Origin: Halocafeteria seosinensis
Lineage: Eukaryota
Assembly (NCBI GenBank): GCA_001687465.1
Contig: LVLI01000013.1
Location: forward strand, 1 to 64,000
DNA: 64,000 nt
Direction: 5' to 3'
In this document: positions 21,688-34,900 of the stretch, one piece after another
Layout of the letters: every line of letters starts with the position of its first letter
How positions within the stretch are numbered: the first letter of the stretch is position 1
Program-made: the position numbers and the translations under genes
Notes under the pieces: model-generated
The model's database searches: none
What the model was told of the DNA's origin: nothing
Seen by the model: the letters and a program-made list of their open reading frames with translations, nothing else

Positions 21688-22955
21688 ATGACTTGTACCC
21701 GTTGTCGACGTTGGTTTGCTTTTTCCATCGTTTCCTCCGTCTTGCTAGTGGGATTATTAGTTCTTTACGGAAGCTTAAAGTTCGATGGCAATCAGATACA
21801 GTTTGTATCAACTGTGACAGCTGTTGGGTATGACACTCGGCCTCATCCATTCCCCTCAATCTACCAAAACCAATCGCTCCACTCTTCGAAACAGATGGCT
21901 GATGCTGATGCTGAGTCAGTTACTAACGCAAGCGCCATGACTTATTTTCAGTATCAAATTTATAAAGACCTCAGCCCTTGGAACAACGGGGTAGGAATCG
22001 ACTCGTTGCGGTCAGAGTATAAGGCTCGAACAGGCGAGTTAGCACTTATATTCCAGAACAAGCTAATGGTAACAAGTGTCAAAGGGCAAGTTGCGAAAAG
22101 GAAGAAATGGAAAAATACCATGAACACCCTACTGAAGAAAAGAAAAATACCAAATGTACTGTTTTTGATCCATTTTTCGTCAATATCGGATGCGCCGGCA
22201 GATCACATCCTGAAGGCACCAGTATTTGCGATGGCTAAGACTGCAGTTTCCAGGGAGATCCTCTATCCAAATCCTTATTTCGTTGACTATCTTCAAATCA
22301 GAAGTCGCTTATTAGAAGCGTCTAAAAAGCCATGGAATACGAGAAAAGCTATCGGGTTCTGGCGAGGAGCATGTGGAAGAAGCACTACACGGCCGGAACT
22401 GGCAAGGCAGCGAGACCCTGAGGTTTTAGACGCCAAGCTGACTTCCAACTGTGCATTGGATCACTGGCCTAAGTCACAGAGATCCTGGATAAAAGGATTG
22501 ACTAAGGCCCCGAAATTAAAATTGACGTCCATGTCTAGCTTCAAGTAAGATTGTTAAAGCACACTTCGTAGCTGCTCTGCTTGTCAGTGTCTTCTCCCTG
22601 CAGATATCTAATTGTCATGCCTGGTTCTACGTTAGGATCTTACTCCAAAGCCATGCAATTTCTTAGCACACTCGGATCCGTCATATTATTATGGGAGAAT
22701 ACTGTTTCCGAATTCTATTATCATAAGCTGGAACATGGTATCCACTTCTTGAAAGTCGATAACAGCACAGTGATTTCTACTATTCGCTACTTACAACAGA
22801 ATGATGATTATGCCAGAGCGATAGCAAACAACCTCAATCAATGGATAAAGCTTCACTTCGACGAGAATCACCTCTACAGCTACTATACGAAATTGCTCTC
22901 GGAGTACAGCAGCATTCAAAATTTTTCATGCCCCTCAAGTCTTGCTGGGTTCTGA
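21688..22955 (+). CDS. Glycosyltransferase family 90 (CAP10/POGLUT-like), type II membrane; exons 21688-22544 and 22604-22955
   Basis: TM FAFSIVSSVLLVGLLVLY. IPNVLF, PVF, ILYP, PW..RK..FWRG, R..L, FKYLI..PG..YS, GSV, EFYY..L..GIHF, ND..A..IA. 59-nt GT-AG intron restores the frame. Confidence 0.9.
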
Positions 22956-25606
22956 TGGAGCACGGATACGCTGAGAAGGAATACCTATCCCCTCATAATG
23001 CGTCAGGCCTGTGGTTTTGAAGGTTCCCGATTTGATGGACCCACACCCACCGGCAAAATTTGATGGTTAAGCACCTTCCCAAAACGGATCTCCCTACACA
23101 TCACATACATTACGTCTATAGGCATTTATAAGGCTACACGGTCGTCACCTCCATTCCAGCTGAGGCGTTGTCTTCCATTTTGCAACTTTGCTTAACATCC
23201 ACACCTTGACTGAAGCGAATACTTGATTTTCGGAAGCATTTTATATGGAGATACGAGTCTACATTCCTGCTGCTGCCACTGTTGCACACACGTACGGAGA
23301 GAAAGTGGCCTAATGTGGATTCAGTCCTGAGAATTCAAATATTACCCCAGCCGTATGCTTCGAAACCAGACGACTTCCGAAGCTGCTGAAGCTTGATTAG
23401 TCAGACCGGAAACCCGAGTCACTTTCCAAAGAAAAATTAGCATGATCCATACTCTACATTCCTCACATCATGGCACTATTTGCGGGCAAATTCAGAATTT
23501 TAGCACATCGTCGAACCTTTCCCAACTTTCTGGTGAAACGCTGGACCGATTATTACGGAGAGTATGAGGGCTAGAAACAGTATACTAAAACCATAGCTCG
23601 TTTTTAGGAATACGTACACATGCTTGTTGGTACTTATTTTGTTATTAAAATTAGCTAGTAGATGTCGGTAACACTTGCAGGGATTCTGATATTACCGATT
23701 CTGTACCAATCGGCAACCAACCAAACTCTATAGGATTGGACGACACTACGTTGGCAACATAGTACAGTACTTGGAACGCTCTGAAACATACCTATACATT
23801 GATAATCAATAAATTCATTCCATAGGCAATAAACGGTGCGGTTAAGCCTCTTAAGGAATTTCGGTTCCGTTGGTTTCGTTTATGTCGGACGGAGGGGATG
23901 CGTCCACGGGGGCGGATGCCGACTGTGCGTTCGTGGCGGTGTCATGCATCCGCATCAGCCGACCAACTGGTTGAGCTCGAAGATCGGCAGCATCGCCATG
24001 AAAACGAAATTTTGAAAGAAAGCGTGTAAACGTAAACCTAACAGCCCTGGTCTTCCTACGTTTCACATAGTCATCGACGATGACAGCCTGTCATCAGGTG
24101 CACAAATAGCATGACTAAGTCATTGTAGTAGCACCCGGTGTAATATGTGTTCCACAACTCTTCTTCCGGTACGGTTAATACAAAACACAACCCTCAAAGC
24201 ATTGGAGTGCTATGTGCGTCCGGTAGCTATGCTCCTCAGCAGCAACCGGTTACCGTCACAATCATCTTCCAAGCTTGCATTTCTGGGTCATTGGGCGGAC
24301 TCGACTCTCGATTCTAGACAGCCGATAACGGAAGGCAGGTGCGGGTAAAACTCTGCGTATTCCAGAGGGACGTTTAGCATCAGGCGATACGAGCAATATC
24401 GGTATATACTTGACGGCTTGAGAGATTACGGTACACTTGGCTGCTTTTCTGGAATTTCCTTCACTGTCTCCTCAGAGCCTCAGCTGGCCTGCTATCTCCA
24501 GTTTGTCAGTTCAAAGTGTGGCAAATGCTCTAGTGTCTCATCATCTTCTCGCGAAGAGACCATGAGTGTTTCCTCTTGCTTCAGCTCTAAGGAGGAGCTC
24601 TGCATCACGCTTACAGAAATGTAACAGAACTACCTCCAACTACGATCATGTGGTCAATCCACGGAAATGTGGATCCCCGTCCACTCAGTTTCCCGTGGTC
24701 CCGACAGCCTGCGACAGGGTTCGTGTGTACAGCGCCACACTGTCATGTATACTGATAATCACGGAGAGGGTGAATCAAATATATCCTCTTTAGTGAATGT
24801 GGACACCATTGGAGTGGCCTGTCAAAGAGAACAAAGGCCGCAGTTGCATCCGAAGTTCTAGAAGCAAGTACAATTGAATACGCAGTAGGGACAATACAAT
24901 TGTACAATTACGGGAAGGGCATTTGGTACCCATGATATGGGTGAAAATATCAGCGATCACTCAGCACTCCGCCAGTAGAGCGTGTTTCCACGACGGCTAA
25001 CAATTACAAGCGTACAACTTCACTGCATAATAGAGCATATGAAAAGCGCATAATATACATTGTTACAATGCGTAACAAATTTACGCGTACTATGGCATGG
25101 CACAAGCTGGAGAGGTTGACCTCGCCTTGGGGGCCAGCCTAGCAGCGTGAATGCCAGAGTCCGTATTCAACCACACGCTGTGACATTTCAAACAGTTTAC
25201 TGCCATTTTAACTCCACCCCCTTGCTAGCCATCTACGAAGTAATCCCGCTCCTGGAGTGGCGCTGCCTACCAGCAGACAGCAGTCCCTATCTCGAGCAAG
25301 TCGCTCAATTTACAGCCATCGCGATGTTCGTCTATATTCATGGTATACAAACTATCTGTACGTCTAGGACTCTATCGTCAGGTTCCCTTCAAGACATCAT
25401 ATAAGACTCTTATGATTAAGAGGCTAGGTAGCCTAGGCTCCGATTGTGAGATTCATCGCTCTTCCTGCAGGCTGCCGGCTGCAGAGCTGATGAATTCTTC
25501 TGTTGTGTGTTTGTTATGTAGCTACGGATAGGTTATACTCAAATGACAACACGTATTGAATGCCACATTAGAACCCCGTGGTACAGGCACTGTTATTATC
25601 CTCATA

Positions 25607-28207
25607 ATGGACCCCATGGGCCACTTTCACGCCTGGGGATTCACCCCCAGCCTCGACCTTATTGAGCTCTACAGAGCGACTTGGGCGCTCAAAACACAAC
25701 GAAAAGGCACTGAGAGTATTGACACTGCCAAGCAAGAAGATAGGGATGCTGAGAAAGAAAAAGAGGAAACTAAAAAGCATGGGGCGAAGCGTCCTTTGAA
25801 TGTGCTCTTAATGCAAGTGGGAGACATCCGCCATGTGCTTAAAACCATCGCGCAGAAGGGGCGGCACAGGACCCTTCATATTAGTGACGACGAGGATGAT
25901 TTGACAGACCGGCCTATTCACGTAAGTGCGACAGACTTACGGAGGTCGATGCGGTTGGTTGCCATGCGTGATTTTGGCGTTTGAATGTGATATGATGCCA
26001 GTTCTACGTTTACGATAAGCCCATTGAGAACATTGCACGCCACATGTTGTTAATGTCTATTGCATTGGATTGGTCTATACCCCTGAAACGGCGGGTGGTA
26101 GCATGGTTGGAAACTTACGGAAATACGTTGGTACCTGAACGCACCTCCAAATACATAGCCAGACAGCGTATGCGTTTAGTGGACTTCATCACCAGCATCG
26201 GAAATGATGAAGACGATGAAAAGAATGCTCCTAGCATGGGCGGTTCAACCAACGCGTTGAATGAACGGAGGATGGACCAACAACGTCAGCGACGTCATGC
26301 AGTTCAGATCCTGAAGCAAGTGATTGACGTTAGTTATCTGAGGTACAGAGAGAGGGATGAATTAGAAAAGCAATTCTTATCGTGGAGCCACGATTCTGAA
26401 TGCAGAGGTACGTTTAGTTTAAATACAGATGACTGAGCCTTAGGTCTTATAGTGTACGGTTCTTTGTCGCCGCCTCAGTGGAAAAATACCGGGAACAGAG
26501 ACTTCGCAACCATTTTGGAACCCGTTTCGACTTCCGTAATAATTTGATAGACTGGGATTACCACATGGATATTCTTCCGTATGCTGGTATGGGCGAGCTT
26601 ACTCCGCTCTCTGTTACCGAGATCTATCATCCCCGAGTTGCTCCGCAGGAGTGATTCATGCCCAACACTATAGACAATGGAGGAACACGGGAGTAGCCTT
26701 TGAATTTGGAGATGCAACATACACCAATGCAAACCGGAGGTATGTCCTTAATTTTGCTTTTAATGATAATAAAGAAGTTGATATCAAATGCAACTGTACT
26801 GTTGCTGCCTTTTTTATGGGAACAGTTTAACTTCGTACGTTGAAGGCAAGGAGCGCGGCAAGTCTGCCCTCAGGAGGGGATTTTGGGGAGATATCATTTG
26901 TAGCCCCTATCATGCTGTGGGTACCTCTGCTTTTACTGGCGATAAGACATATTTGGGTACGTCAAAAACTCAAAAGGAAAAAATCGATAATACTCGCCGG
27001 AAAGCTCAAGAAGAATACGCTTCCGGCAACTTTCAAACGAAGACCAGTGCCCATGACGGATACATTGGAGATGATAGTGTGAGAGAAATATTTGGTATCG
27101 GTCCCGAAGAGCCTGTCAGACAGTATCCCCATTTCAAGGAAGGTATTAGCTCGCAAAAGGCGATGGAATGTGTTCGAGGGTTGTTTGAGATTGTCCATCG
27201 TCATGCTGGCTCCGAGCAATACCGGCATGTAGGTGTGGTCTTTGTTTTCCGTCTTCCTTTGTTGCATCCACTTACTTTTGCGTCTCTTGCAGAATTCTAT
27301 GGAAATAGCCACTTACAACATTCTCTCGTGGATGTTCGAAATCGAAAGTGGTTTTGCATACGGCATGCAGGAACAGCATGAACTCTACTCGGGTCTAGGT
27401 AGTGCTGAAGCTACTGCTGCTCCACCGGAGCAACTCAGCGGTTCAGATCACCTTGTACACGAATACCTGGAGCACCAGGCTTTACAGCGCACTCGCTCAA
27501 TTGGAAACAGGCTGGGCGCTTTTCAAGTAATACCATTTACCGGAGATTTTGCTCAGCTGCTGGAGAAAATCGAGCAGTGCCGAACTTCGTCTTTGCAGCC
27601 AGAAACAGCCGCCGCATGCAACGATGAAACTCGGGAGGAGAATATCACAGCTCAAAATCACCCATTTTACCAGTTTTTTGACGTTGTGGTCGTCGGTGGT
27701 CGGGCAGCGCGTTACTTCGACTTAGATACTGAGAGCAGCGTTTCATCTGTGCATGCAAATGCTCCCGATTTCACTAATATACTAGCTCCACGGGCTACTG
27801 TCATTGCTGAAACGGCTCGCAATGTGCTCAGTATGAAGAGAGAGTCTCGAAAATCCTTTGAGCAGAACATTATTAGCCTAGCACTTCGCAAAGGGCTTCG
27901 ACTGATTGGTACTGATCGGGTGCTGAGTGGTGACACGTTTTCAGTGGGCTCAGTAACCGAGACGACACCGGAGCAGAGTCGTCCCGCAACAGATCACATC
28001 AACAAATATGGTGAACATTCTGCAGCAATGAAATATGTCCTTAGTGAAATATTAAGACACAATGCGCGATCTGGCGACAACCCCCCGGGGGAGCACCTCG
28101 TGTTTGAGTGGGACGTGCACACGGCTTCGTCGCGTAAAAGAGACTACTCTCGGGTTCAGAGCGCTCTATATGAAGCAGCATCAAGCCGGGAACCCGATCA
28201 AAGTTGA
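25607..28207 (+). CDS. DNAAF3: Dynein axonemal assembly factor 3 (PF22), multi-exon
   Basis: WGFTPSLDL, LNVLL..GDIRHVLKT, spliced HFYVYDKPIENIARHMLL, LETYGNTL, LRYRERDELE, RLRNHFGTRFDFR.NLIDWDY, RGFWGDIICSPY, EIATYNI. Confidence 0.9.
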
Positions 28208-28768
28208 AGCTGGCTTCAATTAGACCCGACGCAAGCCCTTGTGCATGCCGATTGATATTTTGACTGGGCGACTATAATCGCCACGAAGTACTCTCACCCC
28301 GTTGATACTTTTTAGCTTCACTCTGATCTCTTGTGTCTAGTATCGATCGGTATCACCGAAGATGAAGTTTGGAGCGAAGAGGATTTGCGAAGCGCATGGT
28401 TGGCCTACCGTTACGAGGGTTAAGTGTGGAATGATCCATGTGTGGCAATGAATATCTGACATGTCGAAGGAGTATACTGATCTAATCTCACTAACCCTGG
28501 ATAACTGCACATCCAGTGTCTATTGTTATCATACGATCGTAAGGTCTATACATAGCATGTAGCACACAACAGGTGATATGACTCTATTCCACGAACACCA
28601 CCAACACCGAAACCCAGCAGGAAGATTCTGCTAGTATTGTTGTTGAACGGATGACAACTGTAACCGAAAAGGCGCAGGTACAATAAATACAGGTGTTCCT
28701 CCTGTGCGGGTGGCCGCACCGTTCTTCTCAAACCATTGACGAGCACCCACCGACATACGTACTATGTT

Positions 28769-30218
28769 TTACAGCTTTAAATCGACACCGACAGGGACGT
28801 GATCAGAACCTCTGAGGAACCAACGCACGAAGACAGATTGAACCTGGTGGACAATGTCCTCTGAGACAACTGTGTAGTCCAATTTCCAACCCTTGTTCTT
28901 CTCACGCAAATTGAAACGATAACCCCAGAAAGTAAACTGCTGCTGCTTCGGATACTTTTCACGGAATACGTCGTGGAATCCAGCTTGTAGGAGAGCGCTG
29001 AAATTCTCGCGTTCCGAATCGCAAAATCCAGCAGATTTGTTTCGCTGCAGAGAGAGAGAGAGAAAAAAAAAAGTTCATTTTGTGAGAGGTGGCTGAGCCC
29101 ACCAGCAGGGATAATGCAGCCTACATTGCTAATCGGATCATGGATATCCATTTCAAGGTGTGCTACATTCAAATCTCCGCACAGAATCTGCAGTCTTTCT
29201 TGAACCGACATCGGCAATCGGTACATGAATGCGAAGACCCACAACATACCACAGGCTTTTTCGTTTTCAGTTCCTTCAGATACTCTCTAAAGGAGGGATC
29301 CCATTGTTTCGTTCTATACTCTAGACGAACAAGGTTTGGGCCACTATTTGGAACGTAACTGGTTCGCGCAAAAGGCAATGTTAGGTTCCAAGTCTACACG
29401 GACTGAGAGAGAGACAGACAGAGTTGACGTACGCTGTAACTACGTAGCAGTTTTCAAATTCCATTGTCGCGCTGCGCCCTTCACTATCATGTTCCTTCGC
29501 TCCAATACCGAAAAAAACATTGATTGGCTTTTTCTTTGAAAAACATGCTACACCAGAATACCTGATGGCACTAACAAACGCGATACGAAGTAGACAGCCG
29601 ATGGCTAATCCCCCCCACTAAAACATACCCTTGTTTCGTTTCAGAATTATTCCAGTACTTGAAGTAGTCCGGCAATATATTGCCCAACTGTGCCAAATCT
29701 TTGTCACCTATCTTGGTTTCAGATAGGCAAAGGACATCTGCATCCAAAGAACAATACAACTGGTACCCTTGGCTTTCATCACCCCTATACAAGCAGTACC
29801 GGAGGTCGTACCTGGGTCTTCATTCTCCACATATTCTTTCAAAAGATCTCCCTTTTTTAAGAGTGCTCTGATACCATTTACGTTCCTGCAAACGAGCAGC
29901 AAAACCTCGATACCTTGACTTCTTTGGCACCTGCTTGTACTGGCTGACGTACCATGATACTACTCTGAAACTTCCTTTTTTTTCGTGGAAAAGGCCTTTT
30001 GCTTGTGCTTCAGGAACATCATGCGCCTCATGGTATCCACTCACTACTCCTTCGGGGAGACGTGGACCCGGGTTACTCTTTTTCTTTTTGGAATGCTCCA
30101 CGGGCTTTGTATCTTCCTCTGTCTTCTGTTGTTTGGGAGAACTTGCTGCTTCTTCCTCATCACGTTCATCGTAGTTCTTGGGCTGGGATGTTGCCCTTCG
30201 TTTTCTCTGAGGGGGCAT
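28769..30218 (-). CDS. APEX1: AP endonuclease / exodeoxyribonuclease III (APE1-like), multi-exon
   Basis: [56 protein letters not shown] across GT-AG introns. Confidence 0.93.
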
Positions 30219-30550
30219 TGTATTGGGTAAAAATTGCAGTCTGAGCACGTCAATGCAAGTCGTGGAGGGAGTTCTGCGAGCTTGAAAACAGTGGTGGAAC
30301 GCTCTACACGTTAAGCTCTTCATGAATAATTACACCATGTATCATTCGAGTGTTGTTCGCACAAAAAAATACAATGCTAGGGCTTCAATGCCCAGGACCT
30401 AGGTATGATAAACTGCGTCTGCAACTGCGATTGAACGCAGTCGTGACCGTATAGTCCTGTAGTCAGCCTAAGCGTTGTTGTTATCGACGACAAGTCAATT
30501 TTTTTTTGCTCTCTTCTAAGCTTATATTCGCAACTAACTCTACAGCAGCA

Positions 30551-31930
30551 ATGGCGGATAACACCAACAGTAACCCGGGCGCTGGAGGAGCGAACTGGTT
30601 TGAGCGCTTCCAACAAACCAGTCCCTTTGTCACTCGGACCACTTTGATGGTCTTTCTCTCATGCTCCATTTTTGGCTATGTTACGGGACTTTACCTGTAC
30701 TTTCTCAACTGCACCGAGATGACCTTGGCGCATTTCCAAATATGGAGACCTTTTACGTGCCTTTTCTTCGAAGACAGTATATTGGGACTTGTCTTCTCCA
30801 TTCTCATGTTTTATCCTCAAGCAAAGCAGTTGGAGACCTCTATGAGTATGTAGGGAGCATATACCCTGTGTCTCCGCAACGCTTACTCATTTCTTTGGGC
30901 GTAAGGAATGCCATTGCTTCCCTGTTGCAGACTCGACGCGATTCTTGGCTCTCATGGCGCTATTCCACGGGCTGACCCAAATTGGGTTTATGATATTCAT
31001 GGTGCTTTTAGCTTTTAATCCGATTGCTCCGAGCCTTTCGTTTTTGGGAAAATGTAGCATGGGGTTGTGGGTACGGTGTCTATGCGTTGTACCCATGCCT
31101 GGTTTCAAGTTGATCCACTAAATCCTCCTTGCAGCCAACTGTAATGGCAATGCTGGGCATGGATGCTGCACGACGACCGGACGAAGTTAAACGTTTGCTT
31201 TTCTTCCCATGTCCCCTACAGAACCGTTATTTTCCATGGGTAAGTGCTTATAATAAGATACCGAGATTGTATCATGGGGCGTGTATTTGCCGTTTGCCAG
31301 ATCTTTATTGGTCTGTTTTCACTCCTCGGAGGTATTCAATACCACCTCATTGTTGCAACGATAGTAGGATATATGTGTGAGTAGCTCGTTTACTAATTTG
31401 CATGCTCTTCCAAGGCCCTCCAAACGATATACTTTTGGGCTGCAGATGGATGGGAGTGGCTAGAGTCCTTAGAACCCTCAGAATCAAGGCTACAAGGTTG
31501 GGAATCAACAGCGCTGACTTCCGTTATACAACAACCGTACTACATTTCCGTATCTTACGGAGGTGGTCCCGGACTAGATGGTGGAGAGGCGTCACATGGA
31601 GGTTCTGTGAGACCAGGAGACAATACGAGAGATAATGGAAACAGTACCTCCTTCCTCTTCGGAGGGAACGGGAGCACCCAAAGGCAAGCGTCCTCAGACC
31701 AGCAGCAACAGTCACCTTTTCCTGGAAGGGGTAAAACTCTTGCTTCTCGAACTGAAGGTGGGATGGCTTCACAGGCGAATCGAACCCAGGCAAATGATTC
31801 GCAAACGAGAAGGGAAGCTTTACGAAAAGCAGCGGAGGCACGGCAACAATCAAGGGCAAGGAACGAGAGCCCGCAGCAGCAGCGAGGACGCTCGGAGGAT
31901 GACGGCGACCAAGATCTTCTTGGGGTATAA
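30551..31930 (+). CDS. Rhomboid-like pseudoprotease (Derlin/Dsc2-like) with C-terminal SHP box, multi-exon
   Basis: PFVTR, QIWRPFT, multiple TM segments, SMGLWP in place of catalytic GxSG, YFPW, FPGRGKTL (p97-binding SHP box). Confidence 0.8.
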
Positions 31931-31959
31931 AAAGGATTTGTGGATGTACATATTCTGAC

Positions 31960-34900
31960 TTAATCCTGCAAAGCCTCTTGCCTTTTGCTGGCACTATGAC
32001 CAACAATATGCTCTAGTGATGGTAGTGGTTGCGCTTTTCTACTTAGACTTCTTTCCGATGCTCTACTGGCACTCTGCCGGAACTGGCCATTTGACTTATA
32101 GATAGCGTACTTTCTTGCGAGCTTACGACCCCGTTTCGCATATCTTTGGCGGGCTTCAACAATTCTCGCACGTCTGTGCTCATCGTTACTGATATCATCC
32201 TTGTAGCGATCGGCCGAAGGCGAAGCATTTGCAGGGTAGATTCCGGTATCATCGACCGCGTCTTTCCGTTTGTTGTCCTTGCTCCTTGACGCTTCGTTGC
32301 TGTAATTAAGAGTTGTTTTCGAGGAAAATGCAGCTGAAACAGTTTGGCCGGATCTTCCTAGCGCTATTGCAACAGGACGCGTCGCTTCGCTATCAACATA
32401 TTGTCCCCGTTCGTTAACCACCACTGGGCCCTGCAGCGAGGAAGGGCTGGAGGAAGGTGTGGAAGGCGTAGACAACCTTTGTCCCGAATGGAAGCCGTGA
32501 GTTCCCTCTTCTCGTTGGTCACTATCATCTTCTGTTTGCAGCAAACCGTCTGCTACACCTCTTTTCCACCTATATAATACATGCTTCGTTAATTTTCTCT
32601 GGTACCACTGGACAACTTCGTTTTGCATTTGTCTCTCTGCCTTTGACAGTGCTACTCCCTCGTCCCAGGCGTCGAAAATCTTGCGTAACAACACCGAGCG
32701 ATATTGTAGTTGGGCTAAACGAGTCGCCTCATCTCGAACAAGGCGATTGTGTGTGAACTTCATCCACCTTTTGAGAGCGTTGTGGGCTTGAAGTGAACCC
32801 CGATACGAGTCTGCTTCTTCCATCATACGAAACGTCTCCGATTTCAGTTGCATAAAGTGCTTGCGGATGAGCTGGAGATCATAATTACACTTCATCATGT
32901 CAGCCTTCGTTTGGCGTTCCCGTGAGGCATCTACCACATTCCTCCAATGTCTCCAGACACGGCGGGACAAAGACAAAGAAAAATGAGCCCTGGCTGCCGC
33001 ATCGAGTGCCGCTTCGACATGTGTTTCCCGGACTGTGCCATTCCAAATATGAAAATAACGCTTTAGCAAGAATTCTCGTCGTTTTTGTTCTGCTTCAATT
33101 TTGAGCCTTCGCATGCGCAGTGTCTCTTCAACGACTGTTCGCCATGTACTCCAGCACTTTCGCTGCAACCGTATCCTGTAGTATTCTTGGACAGCAAGCA
33201 AAGTTTGCAGATCACGATACATGTCCTGCCACCACGAAAAAGCCTTCCGCTCGAGTAAGCTTCGGCAATATGAATCTGCACGCTTCTTATCCTGTGCTCT
33301 CTGCTTCCGCTTTCTCATATACTCCCAAAGGGACTGAAAAACCTGGTATTTTAGAACAGCCTCCCGGCGATACAACGCGTATTGGAGCCTACGTTGCTTG
33401 CATGTTACATCTACCCAGGTACGATATGCTATTCTGAGTTCACTGCTTTTCCGTATCTCAACCAGACGGTAGCAAGTCTCGCGCGTCCGCCTTTTCCACT
33501 GGATTGAGAACCTCCAATGGTCAATCCCACGTCTCTGCAGATGGAACCGTTGAAGCGCTTCAGCTTTGCGCATATTACGTTGATCTCTGCAGTATGTTTG
33601 AATTCGATTAAAAGAACGAATAGCAAGACGTAAGTAGTACCAATCATGGGCAGCTACTGTGGCAAGGCGGGTTCGCTGTTGGTGTGTAATAACTTCTTGC
33701 CAGTGCCTGATAGCCTTTCGGGAAATTCGTTGCTGGGCTTTTTCATTTAAAACATGAAGATTCCGTGTTCTAGCAAGAGCACCACTCCAGTGATGAAAAT
33801 AGCGTTTGAGTATGCGATTTTCGTAGAAAACGTCAGCCGTTCGTCTTGCACGAGCTTCGTGCTTTTCCTCCGCAACGAGAATACACCACTCACGGAAAGT
33901 GTTTCTTAACAACGCCTCATTCGCATGCTCCACAGCCAGTACATAGAGCTCGTACTCCCGCTTCGCTTTCTCAGTTGCATCTTTCCATAAAGGTAGAAAT
34001 TTCTTGGTTGTACGCTGTCTATAGTGACGTTTGGCAGTAAGCAGTTTTTGCCACCCTTCAAAAACGATTCGTCCGGAAGCTCGCAACCGGAAGGACTTGA
34101 GTTTGTTTTTGCAAAACGTGAACTGCCTAGACACAGAAACGAACAGGTTGAGTAAATCCCAACACTTTCGCTTATCTCCAATATGCTTCGTCTCCATTCG
34201 AGAGCAATATTCTGACATCAACAATTTCCATGTGGGAGGACACGATGGCAGATTGAAAGGACGGTGCTGATTTAGGAAGCTGTTCACACTGAGTATGTAC
34301 TTATCTGTCACTTCAGATGAAACTTGAAGAGAGCTGCCCGCTTTTATCGCGTTCGCTTCTGCGGTGGTCGGCATCCAAAGTTTCAATTCGTCATTCAATG
34401 TCAGACTGGACTCCAAGTACCCCTGGTGTCCTCTCTTGTACCGAATTTCTGGGTCAAACACTCCTGCTGGATCAACAGAGGATGCTAGCTGATCCGATGC
34501 TTCAGCAATAGTCTCAACGAAGTCTTCTAAGGACAATTTTGAGGCTAAGCGGGAAGCTATTGCTTCGGGTAAACAATTGAGGTAAAATGTTGGCACTGGG
34601 TTGGTAGTCACATCATCGTAGATGTCCTCTGGTCCAAACCACGAGACTGTAGCAGGCTCGAGCTCATCAATCCGCACGAGTTCTAGTCCTTCTTCGGATA
34701 TGATTTCCACGAGTGGCTGAGGAAGATAAGCGTGTTGTGGGGTTACAATGGCTGTCCTTTCGAATCCGATCTCATCGTAGGACTCGATGACGACGTCTCC
34801 CACTACCGATTCCGAGGCAGATGATGCAGGTGAAGAAAACGAATTGACAGTGGAAGACGTGCTTCGATCAAAATTCAGCGTTGTGGCAACAGTAGTTTCC

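Noticed and set aside
23851..25531. Short ORFs and TACAAT-rich patches before DNAAF3
   Set aside because: No consistent frame, splice pattern or recognisable motif
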